From positions 242,715 to 306,714 of the IMG/VR virus record IMGVR_UViG_3300027668_000008: a DNA stretch of 64,000 nucleotides; one strand, 5' to 3'. The stretch's first letter is position 1. Each line of letters starts with the position of its first letter. The notes below the pieces were generated by a model. It was given only the letters and a program-made list of their open reading frames with translations. It did no database searches and was not told where the DNA came from. A program made the position numbers and the translations under genes. Below, one piece after another: positions 1-7,637 of this stretch.

Positions 1-310
1 AAATGCCTTCATGTGAGTTCGCCACAGCCCGACTATTGGAAGTAAGTATTTTATCGCAACTCTATGGGTTCTAGTCTTTCCCACACTTACACTGATCCTA
101 CTTTCGTAGTCTATTTCCTCGTTCCGATTGAAATAGTTTTTAAGAGTTATATGCGTTTGTCATACGTTAGCAATCGTACTATACTAACCGGTGAGCCCAA
201 TTTGTTTGATGGCTTCCACACTCTGGTGTGTTGATCGGTATGTTGCGTGTGTCCCTTTACGGGTACTTTTTCCACAGTGGATAGTTAAACTGGCCCACTA
301 ACCTTATGTG
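1..310 (-). ncRNA. Candidate large structured non-coding RNA, truncated at window edge; family not identified
   Basis: No ORF in the track, richer in GC than its flanks. About 10 stems on the minus strand, including CTAC-GAAA-GTAG (98-109), CTATTTC/GAAATAG (111-117/130-136), 42-49/83-90 and 166-172/182-188 (G-U pairs only on the minus strand), plus two crossing pairings. Confidence 0.55.
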
Positions 311-346
311 CTAATTGATTTGCCATAATGATTGCTGATTTTGTGC

Positions 347-856
347 CTATGCACACAGAGTCTTAACTCTGTCTGCGTTTCTTTGAAAGAATTCTTCGAA
401 GCCTGTGATATGCCATGTTTTGTGTTTTGGGGAATTGTATGTGAATTGCCGTGATGTGATGAGTTGATGTGCGCCTGGGGTTGCTATAAATTTGCCTTTG
501 TTATTAAACTTCATTATTAAAATATTGAAGTCGCCATCATCTGCCGCGTCCATTAATTGGTCCAGCCAGTCCTCCAGCATACGAACCTTGTCGTGTGTGA
601 GCAGTTGATGAAATGGAAAGTCTTTATACGATTTACATTCCGCATTAAATTTTGGAAACGATTGTCCAGGAATAATATCTCCTTTAAATCCACGTATTTG
701 ACCTTCGTGTAATACTTCTTTACGAACAGTATTTTGTCCGCCTACATAAGCGCCTGAGCCCGGAGCTCTAATAAAAGATTCGTTGTATAAATCGGATAAG
801 AAACGTGCAACGTCTCTTTCCCAATTACTTCCTTTTGCTTTTTGCTTGTTTGGCAT
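347..856 (-). CDS. Holliday junction resolvase, Hjc-type PD-(D/E)XK nuclease
   Basis: KAKGSNWERDVA, RAPGSGA, GDI and ECK motifs; lies in the recombination gene block. Confidence 0.8.
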   Translation of the reverse strand: MPNKQKAKGSNWERDVARFLSDLYNESFIRAPGSGAYVGGQNTVRKEVLHEGQIRGFKGDIIPGQSFPKFNAECKSYKDFPFHQLLTHDKVRMLEDWLDQLMDAADDGDFNILIMKFNNKGKFIATPGAHQLITSRQFTYNSPKHKTWHITGFEEFFQRNADRVKTLCA

Positions 857-1070
857 TCTTCTTCCTATGTATGTTTAATAGTAACACCTTTTGGTGGTAC
901 TCGTCAATCTTTTTTTCTGCATAGAAAGGAAATAATGTTGGAACAAAACCGTGTATGATGCTAATGATACCTGTAAGTATCAAATCCAATCCTGCCACGA
1001 CGGCAAACTTGGTATGCTCATAATAGGTCTTTCCGGCTTCTTTTAGATGTGCCTTAATTGCCCTTTTCAT
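825..1070 (-). CDS. Small membrane-associated protein (DUF6356-like)
   Basis: HL..AG.TY.EH..FA...G......IIHG..P.LF pattern with a hydrophobic core. Confidence 0.55.
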   Translation of the reverse strand: MKRAIKAHLKEAGKTYYEHTKFAVVAGLDLILTGIISIIHGFVPTLFPFYAEKKIDEYHQKVLLLNIHRKKNAKQAKSKRK

Positions 1071-2412
1071 AGATTCCCTTTAACTTATTGATGTTCGGCT
1101 TTCCTAGAACGTTAAGCTCGATGTGTGTAACTAATTTATCCACCGATATACCGTTGTCAGCCAACTTCTGAACTAACTGTTTTACATTCACGTCTTTATG
1201 TTGCATAACCACTACAACGTGTGTCTGAGATATGCTAAACACACAACAGTATCCTTCTAACCAATTTGGTACAAGTTGTTGTGGATTGATTAGTTGGTCG
1301 TCAATTCTTATTAAGTCGCTATTGCGTTTTTCAAAATAAAATGTATCTGCGTCAGCACTTACAATATCTTGAGTAACAAATATATCTATAGATTCATCAT
1401 TAATGCTTTTGCACATATGACTACTACCTTCGATTGTAAGTATCTCATTTTCGTTAATATCGTAACTGCCTGTGTTGTCGACTATACTTCCCATTTCTTT
1501 ACTATTATACAAGTCTAAGTTGTGCTTGTCAACGACTTTATGTATTAAAGGTGGTAAACATTCAGTAAGTCCATATATTACTGCAACTTTTTCTACGCCT
1601 TGATTCTTAACCAACCTTCTAATAAACGAATTGTCTATTACACTACCGCCAGTTAAAACCCATTTAACATAATCAAAGTTACGCAAGTGTATTCCTTGCT
1701 TTGCATATGATTGAAAATGCACCGGAAAAATTAACATCATATCCGGTTTGTACTTGTCTAAATCTTCTGCGTTATAAGGATTGTCTAGTCTAGGTAGTAC
1801 AATCCGTTTACTTGAAAACAATGCAGGAAAAAAGTAAACACTGCTCACACCTAAGTGAACAATATTATGGAAAAACCAACTTGTGTTTGCTTCTTTCCAA
1901 TAAAGTCTTATACTGTCGTCTGTTGCACTCTCTACACTTTTATGAGTGTGTTGTATGCACTTAGGTACTCCAGTACTTCCACTTGTTAATGCTTCTATTA
2001 AAACTTCCGAATGATCGATGATATAAGTTTCAACACCTTCGAACATATCTTCAGTAACACTTATGTCGTCTAAATCTAAGTGAGTACAATTATCAGCATG
2101 AATAGTACATGGGTGTATACCACGTGTTATCATTGCTTTAATATTTCTACTAGATGTGTATTCATTTGTTATTTCGTGTTCTCCACTTATAACAATAATA
2201 AGTCCATAATCAATAGCCGCAAAAACACAGGCAAGGTGATGAAAGTCTTCTTGCATTGCAAGTCCAACTCTATCGCCCTTGACTAGGTTATTGTTCAAGA
2301 ACAGTTGTTGGTACCCAGAAGCAAATCGAGATAAACTCTCTTTAGTCAACTGGGTACCGTTAATTAGATCAACTATTTCAAAATTATTAGATAACTTTGT
2401 AATAGATATCAC
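1054..2412 (-). CDS. ANL-superfamily adenylate-forming enzyme (acyl-CoA synthetase/AMP-binding-like)
   Basis: P-loop TSGSTGVPK, YGLTE, TQD, KRNSDLIRIDDQLINP and C-terminal GKP; GTG start. Confidence 0.8.
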   Translation of the reverse strand: MISITKLSNNFEIVDLINGTQLTKESLSRFASGYQQLFLNNNLVKGDRVGLAMQEDFHHLACVFAAIDYGLIIVISGEHEITNEYTSSRNIKAMITRGIHPCTIHADNCTHLDLDDISVTEDMFEGVETYIIDHSEVLIEALTSGSTGVPKCIQHTHKSVESATDDSIRLYWKEANTSWFFHNIVHLGVSSVYFFPALFSSKRIVLPRLDNPYNAEDLDKYKPDMMLIFPVHFQSYAKQGIHLRNFDYVKWVLTGGSVIDNSFIRRLVKNQGVEKVAVIYGLTECLPPLIHKVVDKHNLDLYNSKEMGSIVDNTGSYDINENEILTIEGSSHMCKSINDESIDIFVTQDIVSADADTFYFEKRNSDLIRIDDQLINPQQLVPNWLEGYCCVFSISQTHVVVVMQHKDVNVKQLVQKLADNGISVDKLVTHIELNVLGKPNINKLKGIYEKGN

Positions 2413-2415
2413 AAT

Positions 2416-2592
2416 TTACATACCGTTCTTTTTTTCTTGGATCTCGGCACGTCTTGCTTTCGCAAGTTTGCCCATTTCACCTAAAGACTTACGAGCTCTT
2501 GCCGCCGCGGCTTTTACGCCTTTGGTTTCAAATGCTTCGTTTTCTTTAAGGTACGTTTCGTAGTGTACTACGATGTCATCATGTATTGCCAT
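2416..2592 (-). CDS. 58-aa basic protein, histone H1-like Hc1 family (not in ORF track)
   Basis: Hand translation MAIHDDIVVHYETYLKENEAFETKGVKAAAARARKSLGEMGKLAKARRAEIQEKKNGM; GGAG RBS upstream; KG.KAAA.RARK motif. Confidence 0.75.
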   Translation of the reverse strand: MAIHDDIVVHYETYLKENEAFETKGVKAAAARARKSLGEMGKLAKARRAEIQEKKNGM

Positions 2593-2601
2593 TTTTTTCT
2601 C

Positions 2602-4371
2602 CTATACAACGTCAATGTCGTTGTTATAACTTGTAAATCCGTTTTCTTTAATAACGGACAATATATTATTAACACGACCAGCGAGTTCGTCTCTGTGTGA
2701 TACTAACCATACAGACTTTTTTCGTTCCCTACTGATTTTTTTAAGAATAGCCAGACTGTTTTCAACACCCGAACTATCCATACCAGAATCAACTAGTTCA
2801 TCAATGAACAATAAGTTAATTGGCTGGTATAAGTTTTCCCAAACATCTCTGAACGCCCAACTTAACGAAAGTATAAGTCTGTTACGTTCACCTCTGCTTA
2901 GGTTGTCAAAATCTAAATCTCTACCATGTTCCTCTATTATTACTGTTAAATCGTTTTGGAATACAACACTGTGTGGTAATCCAATACGTTCTAAATAATA
3001 AGCAAGTCGTTTGTTTAGAAATGCTAGATTCTGATCAATTATACGTTTACGAATAAACGAATCTTTACTAGTTAAAAGTTTCATTAAAAAGTCTTGATGA
3101 TCCTTAACCCTAGTTAACTCGTTTACTGTATCGTACTTAACCTCCTCAATGCCATGTTCTTCCATTTCTTGAATTTGTTCTAGATATGGATCTTCCTGGA
3201 CTTTAAGGCTCGTTAATTCGCTTTGTAACTTGTCTAAACTAGACCTGTGGTTGTATGCATCATCTATTTTGTCATAGAATACAGTAGGTTTTGCACCTAA
3301 CTCGCCCATACTTGCTAGTTCAGATAGTAGTTCTTTCTCAGTTTTTCCATTAGTTTCTAAGACAGATACTGCTTCAGTTAATAATTCTTTTTTATCTTTA
3401 AGTATGTCTTCATGTGTATTATCGTGTAATTCCTGCCCACAAGCATAACACTTGTGTTCTTCTAAAGACTTTACTTCTTTTTCTAATTTTACTTGATTGT
3501 TAGCATAACGTGTAGACTCTGTTACAAGTCTATCTAGTTTATCCTGTAAGTCTGTAAACTTTCTTGCTTTTTCTGAATACGTTGTTATTAAGTTGTGTGC
3601 TTCTATTTCTTTTTCAATATCAACATGACTTAGTGATTCAAATGCAGATTCAATTTGCTCAACGTCCTGCGTCTTCTTGTTAATCCACATTGTGCTTCTA
3701 CGTTTGATAGCATCAATCTGTTCTCTAATCTTGTGGTTTGCATCACCGGTTGCTTTAATTCTGTATTCTTCTTGTGTGATTAAATCTTTATTAATACGCA
3801 ACTGTTCTTTTAAGGTGTCAGCCTTATCACTTAATAATGTAATACCTAACAACTGTTCAATAATAACTCGTTGTTCATTGTGCTTTAAACTTAAGAACGG
3901 TTGTGTGTAAGTATTCAGTGCAACAATATGTTTAAACATATCGTGACTCATACCTAACAAACGTTCTACTTCTTTTTGTGTTTCTCTACTGTCGCCTTGT
4001 GCAGTGTCTGATGCTTCTTGTTCAGTACCATCTACATAAAATTTTAATAAGTTAGGCTTCCTGCCACGTTCGATACGATATGATTTACCGCCTAATTCGA
4101 AGCCAACTGTAACTAGCATACTTTTGCCGTTAGTTTTGTTTACTAAATTATCTTTACGAATGTTAGTAAGTGCATTACCGTATAATGCGAAACTTAAAGC
4201 ATTGATAATAGTAGTCTTACCAGTACCATTTCTGGATCCATGGTCTCCGCCACCTGTGTCCAAGTTCTCACCTAGTACAAGTGTTAAGTCACTTCTATTA
4301 AAGTCAAGTGCTTGAGTACTGTTTCCAACACTCATGAAATTCTTAACAGTTAAGTTGTTTAGTTTAAACAT
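2602..4371 (-). CDS. gp46: Recombination nuclease ATPase subunit, T4 gp46/SbcC/Rad50-like
   Basis: Walker A NGTGKTT, coiled coil with zinc-hook CYAC, signature LSRGE, Walker B LLFIDE, H-loop VSH. Confidence 0.95.
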   Translation of the reverse strand: MFKLNNLTVKNFMSVGNSTQALDFNRSDLTLVLGENLDTGGGDHGSRNGTGKTTIINALSFALYGNALTNIRKDNLVNKTNGKSMLVTVGFELGGKSYRIERGRKPNLLKFYVDGTEQEASDTAQGDSRETQKEVERLLGMSHDMFKHIVALNTYTQPFLSLKHNEQRVIIEQLLGITLLSDKADTLKEQLRINKDLITQEEYRIKATGDANHKIREQIDAIKRRSTMWINKKTQDVEQIESAFESLSHVDIEKEIEAHNLITTYSEKARKFTDLQDKLDRLVTESTRYANNQVKLEKEVKSLEEHKCYACGQELHDNTHEDILKDKKELLTEAVSVLETNGKTEKELLSELASMGELGAKPTVFYDKIDDAYNHRSSLDKLQSELTSLKVQEDPYLEQIQEMEEHGIEEVKYDTVNELTRVKDHQDFLMKLLTSKDSFIRKRIIDQNLAFLNKRLAYYLERIGLPHSVVFQNDLTVIIEEHGRDLDFDNLSRGERNRLILSLSWAFRDVWENLYQPINLLFIDELVDSGMDSSGVENSLAILKKISRERKKSVWLVSHRDELAGRVNNILSVIKENGFTSYNNDIDVV

Positions 4372-4374
4372 TAA

Positions 4375-5388
4375 TTAAAGGTTCCTGTATATTTCCATTA
4401 AAAGATTTGGATCATATAAATCTGATTCAACTGAAGTGAGCTGAGTCATAACAATACTGTCTACACTTTCAAAGTTTATTTCTGCTTTTTCATCAAATGC
4501 TACATCAACTTCTTTTTGTTGTATAAGTGCTATTTCTCTAACATCATATTGTTCGTAAAAAGTTTCTTTAATAAAGTTTGCTTCCTCGTAACTAATGTTA
4601 ATATCTAAATTAACTCTTAGATAAGACTTAGGAAGAAGTATTCCTTGTGGGTTATCAAGTAACTGACTTAACTTTAATACTTTATACTTGGGTGCATCTT
4701 CCCACTTAACATAGTAGTGTGGAACACCCCATTCTAGTATCATTGCTCCACGATCATCATCCCAAGAGTCAGAGTAGTTATGTGGGAAAGCATTTCCGAT
4801 GTATGTAATATTACCTACTTCTTGACGCTTGTGGAAGTGACCGGTAAACATTCGTTCAATACCTTGAAAGTCTGAATGTTTAATTTCTCCATGGTCTGGC
4901 ATTTGTACCATTGCATTCATATAAAAGTTAGGAAGTTCAAAATGTCCTAACATATACTTTGCATTTAGTTTTTTAAGCGACTTATATTCGTCACCTACTA
5001 GCCATGGAACTATTGCGACATCACCTTCTGTAGTGATCTCGTCAAAAAGTCGTACATTTGGTATATGTTTTGCCCAAGTGATACTATTAAAATCTCGTTT
5101 GTCTTTGAAGTACTCGTCGTGGTTACCTGGTATGAAGATTACTTGATCAAATGCTTGACTCAGTAAAGTAATGGCTTCTACACTGTGATTCAGTGTGGCT
5201 ACATTAATACTGGCTCGTTGGTGATGCCAATCACCTAAGAACAAACAGGTTTCACAGTTTTTCTCTTTTCCTTGTTCAATTACCCACCTCACAAAGTTAA
5301 CACAATCTTCATTGTGTGTTAGACTGTTGCTTTTGTTTCCGAAGTGAATATCTGTAAAGGCAATGGCTTTCTTAAATAGATTACTCAT
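4375..5388 (-). CDS. gp47: Recombination nuclease subunit, T4 gp47/SbcD/Mre11-like
   Basis: Metallophosphoesterase motifs DIHFG, GD, GNHD and GHFH; adjacent to gp46. Confidence 0.95.
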   Translation of the reverse strand: MSNLFKKAIAFTDIHFGNKSNSLTHNEDCVNFVRWVIEQGKEKNCETCLFLGDWHHQRASINVATLNHSVEAITLLSQAFDQVIFIPGNHDEYFKDKRDFNSITWAKHIPNVRLFDEITTEGDVAIVPWLVGDEYKSLKKLNAKYMLGHFELPNFYMNAMVQMPDHGEIKHSDFQGIERMFTGHFHKRQEVGNITYIGNAFPHNYSDSWDDDRGAMILEWGVPHYYVKWEDAPKYKVLKLSQLLDNPQGILLPKSYLRVNLDINISYEEANFIKETFYEQYDVREIALIQQKEVDVAFDEKAEINFESVDSIVMTQLTSVESDLYDPNLLMEIYRNL

Positions 5389-5420
5389 GCTTTTCCTAGA
5401 TTTAAGTTACATACATTACT

Positions 5421-5449
5421 ATAATACTGTATTCTGAGAACAATGTCAA
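5421..5449 (-). promoter_or_regulatory. Sigma70-type promoter for the gp47/gp46 operon
   Basis: TTGACA (5449-5444), 17-nt spacer, TATTAT (5426-5421). Confidence 0.7.
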
Positions 5450-6294
5450 CCTTTTTTGGCGGCTTTCACTTTAGTGTTTTCATTAAACTTATCAACACGT
5501 TTTTGTTCTGCTACTGTGTCATTGGCATTTTGTCTAGTAAAACTAGGTGCTAAGTCATTCATTTCCAATATATCATCTCTAATGTTTTGGTTACGTTTTT
5601 CAATGTTTAGTACTCTTGTAAAACTATTTGTTATTGCCGCAGTATAATATGCAAACGGATTGTCTGATTTACTTTCGTCAAACTGTAGTCCTATTTGTGC
5701 TAACTGTAATAATGCTTGTCCACGCATTTCATCTACATATGTGTAACCACGCCAGTTGTATCTGTGACTGTAACGTTCACATAACATCATATACATATGT
5801 GCTAACTTGTTTGTTACTTTACCACCTGATAAACTAAAGTTGCCGTTTTCCATTCCGCCTTCCCAATGAGACTTGCCACAAATAACTAATTCGCCAGTTG
5901 CATTAAATCGCCAATGTTGGAACGGAGGAAAATTACATTTAGTGTGATGATCTGCAACTGTCTTAGGATTCTTTTTACGTTCACTGTCTGTTGGAACGTG
6001 TTCAAAAGTCATAACTCTAAAAATCAGTTCTGTTTTTTCGAATGATTTAGGATCAACATGGAAGTCTGCCATCTTTTTTCCTTTAATAGTATTATTCTTA
6101 TATCCGTTTTTTGCTATCCTATCTGCTCTATTTTGCCGAGCTTGAAGAATTGTTGCTTTTTTAATTTCCTTTTCCGAATGTAAAATAATATCGAAAATCT
6201 TTGCGTCATCATCTAAGAACGACCCAAAAGTGCTTTTAGATGTATGTATTTCTGCTAATAGGTCTCTATTGTTGAGGTAATTTCGTACTGCCAT
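5446..6294 (-). CDS. gp55: Late transcription sigma factor, T4 gp55-like
   Basis: NYLNNRDLL N-terminus; YVDEMRGQALLQL...FDESKSDNPFAYYT...NSF; T4-like position next to gp47/gp46. Confidence 0.85.
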   Translation of the reverse strand: MAVRNYLNNRDLLAEIHTSKSTFGSFLDDDAKIFDIILHSEKEIKKATILQARQNRADRIAKNGYKNNTIKGKKMADFHVDPKSFEKTELIFRVMTFEHVPTDSERKKNPKTVADHHTKCNFPPFQHWRFNATGELVICGKSHWEGGMENGNFSLSGGKVTNKLAHMYMMLCERYSHRYNWRGYTYVDEMRGQALLQLAQIGLQFDESKSDNPFAYYTAAITNSFTRVLNIEKRNQNIRDDILEMNDLAPSFTRQNANDTVAEQKRVDKFNENTKVKAAKKG

Positions 6295-6323
6295 ATTTTT
6301 GACTCCTTAAATTATATACTCAT

Positions 6324-6352
6324 ATTATACACTCGATAAATACTAATATCAA
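6324..6352 (-). promoter_or_regulatory. Sigma70-type promoter for gp55
   Basis: TTGATA (6352-6347), 17-nt spacer, TATAAT (6329-6324); GGAG RBS before the ATG. Confidence 0.65.
6336..6342 (+). promoter_or_regulatory. Late promoter box ATAAATA (T4 TATAAATA-like)
   Basis: Upstream of the first structural gene; the same box recurs before other structural genes. Confidence 0.6.
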
Positions 6353-6371
6353 GAGGAAAGATTAAATAATT

Positions 6372-7337
6372 ATGACAACTTTTAAAGACGGTATTATTTC
6401 GAGGAATGGAGTGAACTTAGGCATTCCAGACCCCACAAACACTGCTTCTGCATCAGGTACTACTCAAACTGCCCAAACCGGCAAGTTTAGTATTGCGGGT
6501 GCAACCAAGGCTTTTTCCGATAACATAGAGCAATTTGGTGCAGACTTTAAGGATATATTAGAAGATCCTAAAGGTGCACTTACAGAAATGCTTAATGGAG
6601 ATCCTGTTACTGCTAGGTTAAAAGGTGCTGGTATTGACAAAGGTGCTAATCCTAATGATAAGTTGGCAGAAATTGCGGCTTCAAGTTCGACAGTTGGCAA
6701 GAATAAAGATGATCACAGAGTAAGACTGTCTTTACCACCTGCGGCTAAAATACATTATCAAAAAGCAACAGTTCCTTATTTACTACAGCCGCTAGTTAAT
6801 ACTAATGGCGTTATCTTTCCTTATACTCCACAACTTATATTCCAGCATAATGCTGATTATAGTCGTAGCAGTCCTACACATAGTAATTATCCTCTTAATT
6901 ATTACAGTGCAAGTAATGTGAGTGACATCTCCATGTTTGGAGAGTTTGTTAGTGAGAATGGACAAGATGCAAGATATGTACTTGCAGTTATAACTTTTTT
7001 AAGAGCCGTTACTAAAATGTTTAGTAACAGTGACGACCTGGCAGGTAATCCACCACCAATCCTAAGATTAAGTGGACACGGACAATACTTACTACCAAAT
7101 GTCCCAGTAGTAGTAAACACAGTTTCGATTACTATGCCTAATAATGTTGATTATATTACTATCCCATCAGGTGGATTAAATTCACAAGGCAGAGCAATGA
7201 CAACAAGAGTACCTAAAAGTTTAGATATTAACGTTGGCTTAACACCAGTATACAGTAGAGCTCAAATGAGAACATTTGGTGTAGATAGGTTAACAAGCGG
7301 ACAATTAATTAATAGTAAAACAGGAGGATTTATTTAA
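6372..7337 (+). CDS. Baseplate/tail-tube initiator-like structural protein (gp48/gp54-like)
   Basis: GVIFPYTP and GNPPPILRLSG..LPNVPVVV motifs; directly upstream of the gp53-like gene. Confidence 0.55.
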   Translation: MTTFKDGIISRNGVNLGIPDPTNTASASGTTQTAQTGKFSIAGATKAFSDNIEQFGADFKDILEDPKGALTEMLNGDPVTARLKGAGIDKGANPNDKLAEIAASSSTVGKNKDDHRVRLSLPPAAKIHYQKATVPYLLQPLVNTNGVIFPYTPQLIFQHNADYSRSSPTHSNYPLNYYSASNVSDISMFGEFVSENGQDARYVLAVITFLRAVTKMFSNSDDLAGNPPPILRLSGHGQYLLPNVPVVVNTVSITMPNNVDYITIPSGGLNSQGRAMTTRVPKSLDINVGLTPVYSRAQMRTFGVDRLTSGQLINSKTGGFI

Positions 7338-7636
7338 TGGCTGATTACAGTGCAGATAGTCCTTACTATAAAACAGAAATGTTTGGCAATTATTTAGATG
7401 TGTTAAACCGAAGACCAATTAGTGCAAACCCACAAGACCAGCAACTAATTATAAACGCAACTTATGAATTTAGACCAGATCTGTTAGCAAGTGACTTATA
7501 CGACAATCCAAAATTGTGGTGGGTATTTGCCGCACGAAATCCAAATACAATTAAAGATCCTATATGGGATATGAAAAAAGGTTTAAGAATCTTCCTTCCA
7601 AAACAAGACAGACTGTTCAACGAACTAGGAATATAA
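7337..7636 (+). CDS. Baseplate wedge protein, gp53/LysM-like
   Basis: RPDLLASDLYDNPKLWWVFAARNP motif. Confidence 0.8.
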   Translation: MADYSADSPYYKTEMFGNYLDVLNRRPISANPQDQQLIINATYEFRPDLLASDLYDNPKLWWVFAARNPNTIKDPIWDMKKGLRIFLPKQDRLFNELGI

Positions 7637-7637
7637 T

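Noticed and set aside
20-150. Group I intron core (GACTA/TAGTC resembles P7) or RNase P RNA (GAGGAAA)
   Set aside because: No P8 hairpin or AAGAUA J8/7 in the expected order, no interrupted gene evident, and the RNase P GAGGAAAGUCC consensus is not matched. Kept only as an unassigned structured RNA.
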